Of a stretch of 64,000 nucleotides of DNA, positions 52,058-64,000 are shown piece by piece. This stretch comes from Selaginella moellendorffii (taxonomy: Eukaryota > Plantae > Lycopodiophyta). The DNA lies in contig NW_003314266.1 of NCBI RefSeq assembly GCF_000143415.4, positions 3,604,398 through 3,668,397 on the forward strand, read 5' to 3'. A model generated the notes under the pieces. The model saw only the letters and a program-made list of their open reading frames with translations. It was not told the DNA's origin and did not search any database. Positions within the stretch are counted from its first letter, which is position 1. Each line of letters opens with the position of its first letter. Made by a program: the position numbers and the translations under genes.

Positions 52058-52653
52058 ATACCTAAAATTTTCTTTTTGTTGAATTTGCATTTTATTTTTT
52101 AAATGATACATTAAAAGTAATAAAATAAGTGCTAAATATTCACTAGGTAAAGTAAAAGAAGATTAAAAAGAAAAGGTGCCATATTTAATTCTAGAAATAT
52201 TTATTCTAATAAGGGGAACAAAAAACTTGTGTTTTTAAAAATATTTAAGCCAATAAAATTTTTCTTCTTTTTCTAAAAATAATAATGTTTTTTTCATTAG
52301 ATAAATGTGTTTTCTTTTCTTCCTTTCTTCTATCTATTGTCATTTTTTATTTCAAAGTTTTATATCACTTGATATATTCATTTTTGTCAACCAAATCTTT
52401 TTTCCTTGTCGATGGAATTTGACGAAGTACAGGTGTTGGTGACCAAACAGCGTGTATGTTTTTTCTATTGCTAACGTGGCGGAGTCCTGTCCGCTAATAC
52501 TTTGCATGGGTAAATCGACGGTCCAGATGCTATCTAGAACCGACGGCATGGCGAGGCGCTTGCATTGTCGAAGGTCATAGATTGGAGGGCTCGCTCCAGA
52601 TTCTAGGAGGAAGGAGGAGCTTGGGCGAAGGAGAGAGCTCCCGTTTCTTGGAT

Positions 52654-54023
52654 ATGGCAGCAGCGGCCATGGCTCAAAAGGTTTTGGTGCCTTGTTCTTC
52701 GTCTTCCTCTTGCGGGAAAGCCCAGTTCTCTCCAAGCCGAGGTAGGATCTTCTTTCGTTTTGGAAGGTTTTGGATCGAAAGCTTTTGCTACAGTTCACAC
52801 CCATGCCATCGCATTTGGTGGAGAGTTGTCTCAGAGTTCTAGCAGGAAGAACAAGAGCCTAGCGCTAAAAGCTGTCGCGGTAAGTTCTATCTCCTCTCCA
52901 TTTGCTTTCGTCGTCTCAACGTTTCATGCTCGCAAAGGGTGCAACATCCGCTCCAGTTACTGCAAAGTCTGGGTGAGCTTCTTTCTTCCACAGTTCTAAA
53001 ATCTTTTCTTGCAAAGCTTGATCATATCTTTTGTTTCCCAGGCACGAGATCTTGCTCTTCGATGCTCTCCGCGAAGGTCTCGAGGAGGAGATGGCGAGAG
53101 ATCCCACAGTGTGCGTCATGGGAGAGGACGTTGGCCACTACGGCGGCTCCTACAAAGTCACCAAGGGGCTGGCCGAGAAGTTTGGCGACTTGCGTGTGCT
53201 GGACACGCCGATTTGCGAGAACTCGTTCACGGGAATGGGGATCGGCGCTGCCATGACGGGACTCCGGACAGTGGTAGAAGGCATGAACATGGGATTCTTG
53301 CTGCTGGCCTACAACCAGATCTCCAACAACGCTGGAATGCTCCACTATACGTCGGGTGGTCAGTTTAAGATCCCGGTGGTGATCCGCGGCCCCGGTGGGG
53401 TTGGAAAGCAGCTTGGAGCCGAGCACTCGCAGCGTTTGGAGTCGTACTTCCAGTCAGTCCCGGGCTTGCAAATGGTGGCGTGCTCCACTCCATACAACGC
53501 GAAGGGACTGATGAAGGCCGCGATCCGGAGTGACAACCCGGTGATCCTCTACGAGCACGTCCTTCTCTACAATCTCAAGGAGAGGATCCCCGACGAGGAG
53601 TACGTGCTTTGCCTCGAGGAGGCCGAGCTTGTTCGTCCGGGAAAGGATATCACCATCCTGACTTACTCGAGGATGCGGCACTTCGTGCTCCAGGCTGCCA
53701 AGACGCTGGTGGAGCGAGGGTATGATCCGGAGATCATCGACATCAGGTCGCTCAAGCCTTTTGATCTTTTCACGATTGGGAACTCGATCAAGAAGACGCA
53801 CAAGGTTCTCATCGTGGAGGAGTGCATGAGAACTGGCGGGATTGGAGCCAGCTTGAGAGCTGCGATTGTTGACAACTTCTGGGACTTCCTCGATGGCCGG
53901 CCCGAGTGTTTGTCGTCACAGGACGTCCCGACACCTTACGCTGCAACGCTGGAGGACGCGACGGTGGTACAACCGGCGCAGATAATTGTGAAAGTGGAGC
54001 AAATGTTGCAAGGTCTCATCTAA
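52654..54023 (+). CDS. pdhB: Plastid pyruvate dehydrogenase E1 beta subunit
   Basis: Transit-peptide exons, then [61 protein letters not shown]. Confidence 0.95.
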
Positions 54024-54471
54024 AACTCCGGATGGGACAATCACGACAAAGACAAACGCTCTTAAATTCCCCCATAAGAGTAGGCGAGAGTGGAAGTTCT
54101 TCGAATCCATTCTTACAATAAGGAAGAACATTGCCAGTTTTTCGAGTTCATACCTGGAAAAAAAATTCTTTTTGAGTGGCTTCGAAAGGATGGCATGGAA
54201 ACCATTGAAGAACACAAGCCTTATTAAATATCCAGCTGTTTTTTAAGCTCATAGCCATTGAAAAAAACCTCTTTTCTGGAACCATCCTCTCGCCGGACAA
54301 GCCAGGCATGACTGGGTCTACTTATATGGTGCCGCCTCTTCCTCTACATTTGCCACAAGGAACGATCTTCCCAAGTGGCTTACACTACTACCAAAACCCC
54401 CCTCTTGCTTGTATTTAGAACTCGTGGAACCAAAGCATATCTGAGAACAGCACTGGAGAATGTGATGATGG

Positions 54472-54622
54472 CTTACTGGATGGCATTCTTTGTCTGCGAT
54501 CTGTGAATGTTGTCTGAGGCTTACTAGATGGCATTCTTTGTCTGCAATCTGTAAATGTTGTTTGGAGAATGTGATGAGGGTTTACTAGATGGCATTCTTT
54601 GTCTGCGATCTGTAAATGTTGT
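54472..54622. repeat. Three-copy direct repeat of about 42 bp
   Basis: ttact(g/a)gatggcattctttgtctgc(g/a)atctgt(g/a)aatgttgt three times. Confidence 0.9.
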
Positions 54623-55699
54623 ATTAGGATGTGGAGTCTGAAGTTTCTATTGAAATCACTTAATTCAAAAACTGAAGATAAGTGAATTTGCCACTTCGTT
54701 CATTGTGCATTAATAAGTATATTCTTTATTTAGTAAGGCACAAAAGAATCCACTAGTACAGGTAAATGATTAATTACTTCATATGAAATAATTAATTTAT
54801 ATAATATTGTAAGTGACCAAGTTTTTCATTCTAATTTAGTCATTTAACTACATTTTTAACCACTTGAAAGAGTTTTTTTCATGTCTTCATCCTAATTTTA
54901 AGTATTTGCTAAGACCTCTAAAGTGACTTTCAAGCCATATTACCTTTGTAGTTGGTCCAAATGCTCCACATTTCTGAGTCCCAAAAGTATTACTAATAAA
55001 CTAATATGTGACATTAAAGCTGCACTAGTTTAATTAGTAGTTTAAAATTGCATTGCATCTTCTTAATTTCTTCTTCTTCCCCCTCCTTTTCATCAAACAA
55101 TTTTAGAAGGTTTCATTTATATTCTCTCCCTCTTTGAATTACACTCTCTATTCATTGTTATAACCATACCACGGTTCTATCTTTCCAAAACGAAATTATC
55201 AATCTATGAGTGGTCATCCTTTGATTATTCTTTATTATTCTTAGAATGCCTTAAAATATGGGGTATTTTCTCAATTCCATCAAATCCTTCTCTTTGTCTA
55301 TAACAATATTTGCCAATATTGCCAGGTTCAAAAGCCCATCCACCAACCTTTGAGATTTTTCATCATGTAACCATATTTTTGGTTACTAAATAAAAAGACC
55401 ATTCTTCTTCCTTTTCACAATTAATAACTTTAATATAACATTTCAAAGCACCATAGAATAATATAAGTTTTATAAGTACTCCCCATCACTTAGAGTGCCC
55501 CAACTATAAGGCTAAAACAAGATTTTAGTAAGTCATGCAAAATATTCAAATAGGTAATACCACCTGCACTTAAATATTTTAGAAGAGTTAGAGTTAGTTT
55601 TTGAACATTTCACTAAATCACCTAATTTGTCCATCTATATACACTTTTGGCATCCTTAGTGTTTATATCATTATTCATATAAGTGTTTCATGCTTATTT

Positions 55700-55820
55700 T
55701 TCAAGCATTTTTTTAGAGTTTTATTCTTGCTTTCAATTTTTTGAGTCAAAATTTTTGGTTTAAACATGTTACACTCATTGGACTTTCACTTTGGCCACTA
55801 CCACATAACTCACCTTTAGG
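55700..55820 (+). mobile_element. Decayed fragment of the 44388-46062 LTR family
   Basis: tttggtttaaacatgttacactcattggactttcactttggccactacca corresponds to 45961-46010 with C>T/G>A changes. Confidence 0.6.
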
Positions 55821-57823
55821 ATTTAGCATACAAATAATAGATTTAATATCAAAATGGAGGTGTAATTTCCCCTTAGATCAATAATGGTTGTTAAACATTG
55901 GGGAGTAAAGCATATATAATTATGAAATAAGATTTAGATATACTATTATTGTAAAATTCTTGGAACTTGATTATTCCAAATTTCTTTATAATAGTCCTCA
56001 ATAGAATTTATAATATCCTGATTCCTTAATGCACATCCAATGGCCTTCCACAATACTTGCACTCCCTAATAGTTGCTGCCTTATTTCCATATATTACACA
56101 TGAAGGATTTATTTCCTTTTTCTTTGGAACTTGGGGGATAAATGGGGATAAAATAGCTATTAAATGCTTTTTCATTAAGCAATTGTAATTACCTTCAAGA
56201 GAGAAAAATGTTGATTTAAAATATAATATACCTTTGAGTAAGGTACATTTCTTCAATTAAAATTAAAATTGTACATATTAGGCATCAAGGAGTATGTTTT
56301 TCATCTAGTAAGTTATTCATAAATGAAAGGATCTATCATGGGATTGCAGTATAGTTGAATGATTAATTACTTCATATGGAATAATTAATTTATAAAATGG
56401 AAGAATTAATAGATTTATTGCAGAAATAAAAGTGCTAATTCCCCTTAGATCAATAGGGGTTGTTAACATCTTTAAAGGGGTGAGTGTTATACTATCACTA
56501 TAGATCCTTAGAATTATAAGGGATAAATGGAGATAAAATAGCCATTAATGTCTCTTTTATTAAGTAATTGCCCATTTTTAATAAATGCTAAATTGCATTA
56601 TTAACTTATAAAACCCCTAACAAATACAATGCAATTGCTAAAAAACAATATTATGATTATCTTCATAATTAAATACAAACTTTAAATATTTCCCTAATTT
56701 AAGAAACCTTATCTAGCTATTGCAATGCCATACTTTTAAGATAAATGGGAAACTTATATAAATGTTGAGTATCATCTCAAAAACGACAAATTACAATCAT
56801 TATAAACTAATCAAAACCAAATGTCAAAAAATCACTATCTAGATAAGGGATGAAATGTTTTTTAATGAAATACTAAAATAATAAAGAAGAAAAAATGGAT
56901 TTGTGTTGAATACTCTTAAGTACAAAGCTTCTAAAACCCTAATTTTATAAGGGCTCTAAAAACTAATATAGTAGCTAATCCAAAAATTTAATTTGGTGCT
57001 AATCCCAAATGCCTATTTATATGTATAGCAAATTTTGAGTTCAAATCCCATAAGCAAAGGTTTATTATTTAGTGAATATACTCCTCAATAAATATAAAGA
57101 AATGACAAATACATGACACCAATGGTATTTTCAAGATTCCCATAGCCAAAAAGAAGGAAATAGGAGGAAAAGCAAGAATGAGTTGTGAACTCCACAACTA
57201 AGTTTAATTATACAACAAAGTGTAGAATTTAAGCTTAGACCCAAGATGAATGTAGAATAAGCACATGCACACAAGTGGGAGTTAGATTATACTTAGCTAT
57301 AAAAACAAGATAGATCTAGACAATCCCTCACACCATTATTTTATATCAGACCTTTGAGTAAAAAAGGCAATTATTTAATGAGGAAAGCCTTAATGATATA
57401 TACATATTTATTCCAAGGATATATAGATTTATTATCCCATACTGGGTAAAATCATCAGCCAAAAAGACAACTTCTAAATTAAAATAATTATGCAAAATTA
57501 ATGCACAAACATGATGAGTACATATTCCACCAACTAACAGGTTATAGAAGACCCTAAATCAAACTCTAGAGCATGCAATATTAATTTAAACACATGTACT
57601 ACCTTAGATTGCCAAAGAAAACAAAAAAGAGCATTCCACTATGCTTGAATTCTTGTTTTGAAAATTTTATTGATGTGCTCTTTTTTAAGATGCATGTTAT
57701 ATTTTACGCATATTTTTAATTCCATCATTGTAAATTTATTTTTTTTCACCACATCAAATTCTCTTACAATTAATACGTGGGTTTTTAGGTCAAGAAGAAA
57801 GAAAATCGTTTGAGGATTTTTCT

Positions 57824-59007
57824 ATGGCAAGTAGCAGCGCTCTATCGGCAGCAGCGACGCTCACAAAATCCGCCAATTCCTTCGCCTCCAGCAGCAGCTC
57901 CAGCTCCGCCTCCGCCCCCTCCAGGAAATCCGGGAGCTTCAAATGCGGTACGCGATTCTTCGCCTCCATTCCCTTCACCGAAATATTGACAGATTTTGGG
58001 TCGCAGGGATGAGAATCCGGGCCGAGAGCGACGGCAGCAAAGGATCTACGACAAAATCTCCCCCACCGGTGGAATTGGAGCGCTCCCCGGCCGATAAGCT
58101 CGTGGATGGAATGTCGTTCGGCCAGCTGTGCGATGAATTTCAGTGCATAAGCAGCCCCTCCGTGGAAGCTACGTGCCGTCAGCTCGCGAGAGATATCCTG
58201 GAAATTCGAGATGGGAATAGAGCTCTGGGAACCCTGGCCTACTTTGTCAAATACAAGGTAAGCTCTTCCTTCTTTCGCTTTACACGACTAGTTAGATCTC
58301 TTCTCTCTTTTCTAGGATCCATTGAGGTCTTTCCAAGGACGATTGAAGTACAATAGGCCGTCGTGGACGAGAACTGCCTTGGAGAATCCAACAGTGGTAC
58401 GTACGTGATTGGTTTCTTTGCTTGCGAGCTTTTCATATTCATGCAGTGGTACTTTGGCGGTGGTTCCATTTGCCTCCTCAGGCAGTGCGTCAAATGGAGA
58501 TGGTGTCGACGAGCGTGCTACGAATCCAGTGCACGATACAAGGAAGGCCAAAACTTGCTGCTGCTTCCTTCGTTGGCGATGTTCGTGTCAACGTAACGTC
58601 GACTTTCACTCTCAACCAGATCAGTGGCCAGGTTCTGGAGCACCGAGAGGAGTGGGACCTCTCCGGCAACTCTCCTCTGGCTCAGGCATACTTTTGGTTC
58701 TCCAGGATTGCGTACTCCACAGTAGAAGCTGGCAAGGATACGTCGGAGCTAGTCCAAGGGGTATCCAAGGTTATTGACAAGAACTTGGGCGATGACAGCA
58801 ACATCTACGTCGATCCGACCGATCCAAAGAAGGTCTGGTTGTTTCTCTTTTCTCATAGAAATAGTTTATATCGATCTTCACGACTTGGCAAATTGTTGTT
58901 TGCAGTTCTTCCAAGTGGATGATAATCGCCAAAAGGACATTTACCAAGTTGGCCTGGTGCTTGCGCTGCTCTACCTCCTTGTCCAGTTCTTAAAACTCAC
59001 ACTTTGA
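57824..59007 (+). CDS. Chloroplast DUF2358/NTF2-SnoaL-like protein with C-terminal TM helix (multi-exon)
   Basis: Ser-rich transit peptide; LVDGMSFGQLCDEFQCISSPSVEAT, YK|DPLRSFQGRLKY, TLNQISGQVLEHREEWDLS, YVDPTDPKK|FFQ. Confidence 0.8.
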
Positions 59008-60076
59008 CCATAAACCGGTAAGACAGCCTTGTGAAACGGGTCTTACAAGCATGTGTTTTGGCAGAACTTGATTGTATAGAACCGTTTTGACTGCGCAAGC
59101 GACTTGTAAAATGCCTTCGTACACTACAGATAGTAACAGGATTATCGTCTTAAACACGTTCTTCTTTGTTTTCTTTGCTTTTTCTCTTTTCTCCCTTTTT
59201 TTTCTTCTCTTGAGCCTTCCGTGGCGTGTTCGCCAGGTACTGCTAGTTTCTTCTTTTCTTTCGTTGTAAAGTTCTTCACATTTTGTAGCTGGCAAAGTCG
59301 TGATCCTCGCCCCTTCCTCGCATCCTTCCGGGTCGTAGTGCTTAACAAATCGAAGTCTCGTCTCTGACCACGCACAATATAACAGCCATCAGGTTTGGAT
59401 TGATAGATTAATTCCATGGCAGATCACAAGCTGGTTTCTAAGTTGCAGAAGGCCCTCCGCGGACACCAAAAGCTACGACTCATCGAGAGTGAAGATCCAG
59501 CAATCACTCACATCCGCAACCTCCTCAGTGATGACTGTGATTACTACGGCGATGAGCAGCAGCAATTGACAGAGCAATCAAGGATTTTCTATCAGCGCTT
59601 CCTAGAGGATCTCACGAGAATCGTCCAAGCCTCTTCTCCTCCTCCTCCTCCTCCTCCGCCCTCTTCTGCCAGTGTGAGCATCACGAAAGAGACGATAGGA
59701 AATTTTCCTTTTGATGCAAGGCTAAGTAACAATGCCTATTGTCTCTACAGGCGTTGAGAGAAGTAATTTGGTTTTTTGGTTAGAACACCAGCAAAACCAT
59801 TGTGAGATCTGATAGAATAGTTTATAAAAAGGGGTAGAAGTTTTACAGTGGGAGATAAAAAATGGTCAAAAAAACGTTTCATACTTGCCAATAGTTATGT
59901 ATGCTAAACACACAAAAACATATGTGAAACATGTTACTATAACTCTGTTAGAAAAGAGGTATATTGGGATGTCCTCAGCATGTTGGCAATGCCACATATG
60001 ATGACTGGAAAGTATTCATGGTATTCTCCCTCTTATGCATGGACCAATGATTATTTGAAAGATGAAGTGAAGGATG

Positions 60077-60840
60077 CTACTTTATAAGGTGGCCAGCAAC
60101 AAGTTCAACATGATCATAAATATTATTTGATCCATAGGTCTGTTTAAGTCTGCAGTAATGTTGACATTTGTGTAAGATGTGGTGCTTTTTACCTCCTAGA
60201 TTGTTAACTCTATAGCACTTATAAGCACTTTCCCATGTTTGTGTTACCTCATCCAGAGGAAAAGATCGCCAATACCAGTAACTTCGGCTTTGAGCCATTG
60301 ACAAAGTACGTGATTTCTCGGCGATAGCATGATCCAGAATAACAGTTGAACCTCCAATGCTTCCCTGAATGCGGGAGTAACTCTCATCCAAGACATTGAT
60401 AGTGAACTCCATATGATTCATCCTTTGACACCTTAAACTAGCACATATGATAAGAAATCATACCTCGTCAAGTATCTCAGCAAAAGTTTGACCCCAGGCT
60501 CAATCAGCTTGAGATTACCAAGTTCTCTCCGTATCTCCTGCGAGCCAGTGGCAGCGCAAATTTTGTCCAGGAATTCCGTTGATGGAAACTCCTCGTACTC
60601 AAACTGGAGAACAAAAAGGTTACAACAAAGAGAACTCTCACCTACCACTGCACGATCAATCCGGAGTTTCAAGAGCTGGACATCAGGATCATCCTTGAGA
60701 AAGTTGACGATCTTTCTGCCACTCTCCAAGTTACAGTTCCCATGATTGCAGATGTGCACTAGTAGACACCCTTGTGGCGGAAGCTCACGTATATGCTTTC
60801 TCAACTAATCTACCGCCACCTTTTGATAAGTCATAGCCAT
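60077..60840 (-). pseudogene. Two-exon ORF of unknown function (about 230 aa) with an in-frame TAG just after the start codons
   Basis: ORFs 60433-60804 and 60077-60421 join in frame via a short phase-2 GT-AG intron; upstream ATGs (60840, 60834) are cut off by TAG. Confidence 0.4.
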
Positions 60841-60874
60841 TTTATTAAGGAGAAACTACGGAGCCTTGAAAGGA

Positions 60875-62620
60875 TTAGCTAAAACCTTGATAGGCCTTTT
60901 GGGCGAGCTGTACATCCGTTTGCTTGTTGAGCCCATTTGCCGGATGAAGAACTGGAAACCTCTCGTCGCGCTGCCGCTGGATCACGACTTCCGGCATTCC
61001 AATCCCGACGAAAGCTGGCCTGTTCTCCTGCTGCTGATGGAAGTGCTGCGGCTCGGAGCGATCGCTAAACTGCCTGTGTACCTGAGGATGGTGAGCAGTG
61101 GCAGTGGCAACCGCTGGAATCTCCACGGCCTGCTGCAGCATTGGAGTCGACACCGGTCGAGGGATCGCGTGCTGCTCCAGGAGTTTCCTGTGAAGAGCGT
61201 CACTGCTGGGAGCGTAGAATTGATGCCCAAGAGTAGCAGCGGCTACTGCTGGAGGACGAGCCAAAGCCTCCAGTCCCATTGGAACAAGCCGCTGAGGCAA
61301 CCCGTTCGTCTTGTGCACGTCTAGCAGCTCGCCTCTCGGGATGTGCTGAACGAGTAGCTTCTCTTGAGGCCTCTCCGCCACCTTGAGCTTCTCGAAGTCC
61401 GAGAGAGTGGCGTCCAAAGCTCTCCTGTCCATGGCGTCGCTCTCCCCAGAGTCTCGTCGATCCATAGCCAGCGAGCTCATGTCGGTTAGCTGGCTGCTGC
61501 TTTGCGACGACACGGAGTCCGAGTGCTCGTCCTCCACGGAGTACTGCCTGATCACCATTCCCTTGGGCAGTATACCCCGTGAAACCTCCACCAGAGGCAC
61601 GTAAGTCGACGATGGCACCACGGCTCTCGACGCTGCCATCACCTGAGGCACTACCGATCGAGCAGCCACTACTTGCGGAACCAGAACTGGCGATGCTGCC
61701 TGAGCTCCGGGAACAAGTGAGGGAGTTCCAGGCGCGTAAATTCGAGGGGGCGTCGCGGCTGCTGTCAAGTTCTTGGTTGGAACTGTGACGAGGTTCACTG
61801 GAACGGATGGTGGCAAAACCTGGGGTGATACTACTGGTGGCACAACGCTTGGAATCAGAGGTGACGCTGCCGCTGGAGCTAGAGCTTGGGCTGGAGATGC
61901 TGCTGCTGGAGCTAGAGCTTGAAGTGGAGTTGGGGCTGGAGATGCTGCTGCCGGGGCTGGAGGAACTAGAGCTTGAACTGGAGCTGGGACTGGAGCTGGT
62001 ACGATTTGAGGTTGTAGAACTTGAGGTAGAACCGCAGGAGGAACTGCTACAACTTGCGGTGCTGCCATAGGCATGGCTGGACTTTGCTGTGCTACTAGAG
62101 GTGGCGCCGCCTTGTCGACCAAAACCACAGGTTTTTTGTGCTGCTCCTCCAAAACCACGTTGGCCTTCCTATAAACTCCATTCACAGCCTCGACGAACTT
62201 GTGCTCCGGATCGCCAGCATTCTCGTGACCCGGTGGCTGCTTCGCGGACACCGGAAAGAGAAAGAGCCTCAGCCTCGACGATGAATCCTTGGATTCCATC
62301 CTGTCATACTCCTCCATCATGTTCTCCAGGTCCTCCTCCGAGATCACCGAGACCAGCGCGTCCAAATCTTCGTTTGGCAGCTGGTACTTGAGGATAAAAC
62401 TCTCGTATGGACAGATCTTTCGGAGCTTCGTCATGAGATCGATCACTGAGACGCCCCTGTGCACCGAGAGAATTCTCGTCTCACCACCCACGTAGCGGAG
62501 CTGGGAGTCGTGCGGGCGAGGCATGATTCGACCACCATAGCTGCACAGGAATTTGGCGCGTCCCGTGAGCGAATCCTCCGACTTGACGGATCCCTGGTCC
62601 TCTGCAAAGGCCGCACACAT
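60875..62620 (-). CDS. PB1 (octicosapeptide/Phox/Bem1p) domain protein with Pro/Ala-rich tail
   Basis: KFLCSYGGRIMPRPHDSQLRYVGGETRI..LKYQLPNEDLDALVSVISEEDLENMMEEY..RLRLFLF; likely 5'UTR intron at about 62703-62633. Confidence 0.9.
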   Translation of the reverse strand: MCAAFAEDQGSVKSEDSLTGRAKFLCSYGGRIMPRPHDSQLRYVGGETRILSVHRGVSVIDLMTKLRKICPYESFILKYQLPNEDLDALVSVISEEDLENMMEEYDRMESKDSSSRLRLFLFPVSAKQPPGHENAGDPEHKFVEAVNGVYRKANVVLEEQHKKPVVLVDKAAPPLVAQQSPAMPMAAPQVVAVPPAVLPQVLQPQIVPAPVPAPVQALVPPAPAAASPAPTPLQALAPAAASPAQALAPAAASPLIPSVVPPVVSPQVLPPSVPVNLVTVPTKNLTAAATPPRIYAPGTPSLVPGAQAASPVLVPQVVAARSVVPQVMAASRAVVPSSTYVPLVEVSRGILPKGMVIRQYSVEDEHSDSVSSQSSSQLTDMSSLAMDRRDSGESDAMDRRALDATLSDFEKLKVAERPQEKLLVQHIPRGELLDVHKTNGLPQRLVPMGLEALARPPAVAAATLGHQFYAPSSDALHRKLLEQHAIPRPVSTPMLQQAVEIPAVATATAHHPQVHRQFSDRSEPQHFHQQQENRPAFVGIGMPEVVIQRQRDERFPVLHPANGLNKQTDVQLAQKAYQGFS

Positions 62621-63040
62621 GATTGAAAGCTCCTGGAGGGACAAAGGAAAAAGCTCGCTTTCAACACTGTACACTTTAAACAGAAAAAAAATTCCCAACT
62701 TACTCAAAGCCTTTCGAATCTTTGCCTTTCCGTTGCCTCCATCGCTAGATCGCGCCGCCAAGCTCACAAAAGCCCCATTCCCGCGCAGGCAAGGATCAAT
62801 CTAGGTCAAAAATGCACCTGAGAGAATCTAAGCGCCGATGCGCCGGAGCAGTGCCGCCGATCCAAATCACATAGCCAAAACGCTCCCCGTGAGCGCCAAG
62901 AAATCAGGGCTCTCCAAAACCGCCATAGCTTGACCTCCAAAACGTGCCAATGACATGCCCACGTTTACCCTACTTTTCTGACGCGTTTACCTCTCTATGT
63001 CTAGCCACCTATAGCCGGTTAGCCCGCCACTATTCAAACT

Positions 63041-63312
63041 ACCGGTCACGATCTCCTCGAACCTGGACGCTCCAGATCTCTTTCCTGTCAGGGGATATGG
63101 CGCTGCCCAATGGGAAACCAACGCGTGTTCTCCAATGGACCAACGACATTGACCATATTGACCGAGCGTTGACAAACAAGCTGACCTAAAGATATTCTAA
63201 GACGAATATTACCGCGCCACGCCATTTACAAATCCACCGGTCACGATCTCCCCGCACCTGGACGCTTCAGATCTCTTCCTTGTCGATATGGCGCTAGCCA
63301 ATGGGAGGCCAC
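63041..63312. repeat. About 80-bp direct repeat (63041-63120, 63236-63312) in the divergent PB1/PsaG promoter
   Basis: accggtcacgatctcc..cctggacgct.cagatctc..gatatggcgct..ccaatggga..cca occurs twice. Confidence 0.85.
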
Positions 63313-63515
63313 CATTTTGGATTGCACCACCCACACCACTGGGTTGCTAAGCTGACTATCTCGCTTAGCTTAGCAGCTTAATCTAATCCCAGTAGGACTA
63401 CTTTCCCTTGTCACTGTAGCTAGAGTTCCAGAGCTCTTCCTCATCCTCTCTTCCAAAACTCCAGATTTTTGTTCTTCGCGAGAGCTTGGAGATTTTCTCC
63501 AGAGGAAGAGGATCC

Positions 63516-64000
63516 ATGGCTTCTACTTGCGCAGCAGCGTCTTCTTCCTGCATCGTCGCGGGGCTTCCCAGCATCAAGAGCTCGAGCAGCAAGAGATCTG
63601 TGGTCGGTTTCTCTGGATTCCGAGTCGCCAACAAGCTCGACGGCCTCTCAGCAGCAGCTCGGTGCTCCAGTTTCGAGAGCAAGACGGGCTTCGCGAGATC
63701 TATGGCTCGGACCACCTGCCTGGAGGCGCCGATCATCATCAGCCTGTGCACTGCTGCGTCGCTCGCCATGGGACGGTTTGTGTTCCTTCCTTTCCAGAGA
63801 GAGCAGATTGCCAAGGCCGGGTTGCCGCTCCAAAACGGTGTAAGTCACTACGAGGCCGGAGACACCCGGGCTCAGGAGTTTGTGAGCTTGCTCAAGACGA
63901 ACGATCCCGCTGGCTTTAACATCGTCGATGTGCTCTCCTGGGGATCCATTGGTCATATTATTGCCTACTGGATCCTGGCAACTTCAAGCAATGGTTATGA
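63516..64000 (+). CDS. psaG: Photosystem I subunit V (PsaG), truncated by window end
   Basis: Transit peptide, then IIISLCTAASLAMGRFVFLPFQRE..GLPLQNGVSHYEAGDTRAQE..NDPAGFNIVDVLSWGSIGHIIAYWILATSSNGY. Absent from the ORF track because the stop lies beyond the window. Confidence 0.95.
   Translation, partial: MASTCAAASSSCIVAGLPSIKSSSSKRSVVGFSGFRVANKLDGLSAAARCSSFESKTGFARSMARTTCLEAPIIISLCTAASLAMGRFVFLPFQREQIAKAGLPLQNGVSHYEAGDTRAQEFVSLLKTNDPAGFNIVDVLSWGSIGHIIAYWILATSSNGY

Noticed and set aside
62621-62767. N-terminal extension of the PB1 ORF
   Set aside because: Starts at a non-ATG codon and reads through a probable intron; ATG at 62620 preferred.

Overview
Eukaryotic land-plant nuclear DNA with a compact genome and very short introns (about 50-70 nt). 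Gene style and content suggest a lycophyte such as Selaginella; this is an inference. 1-18.2 kb is a rearranged, duplication-rich accessory region: several decayed pyruvate decarboxylase (PDC) copies arranged as repeated [PDC'-tRNA-Leu-X] units, a tandem pair of divergent USP-like genes, an ABCC fragment, and an AT-rich island with an intact secreted chimeric bulb-type lectin gene plus nested, heavily C>T/G>A-mutated LTR elements. 18.5-43.6 kb and 52.6-64 kb are gene-dense: a CIB/BEE-like bHLH, tRNA-Gly, class III peroxidase, CCaMK/DMI3, an AHL, HY2, a small mitochondrial membrane protein, a tandem rhodanese protein, plastid PDH E1-beta, a DUF2358-type protein, a PB1 protein and PsaG. 44.4-52.1 kb holds a 1.7 kb solo LTR and a near-complete 5.0 kb Ty3/Gypsy element with a 4-bp TSD. 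The most unusual items are a spliced BTB-NPH3-ubiquitin-like fusion gene (41847-43558) and the orphan-domain + B-lectin secreted protein (7179-8108).
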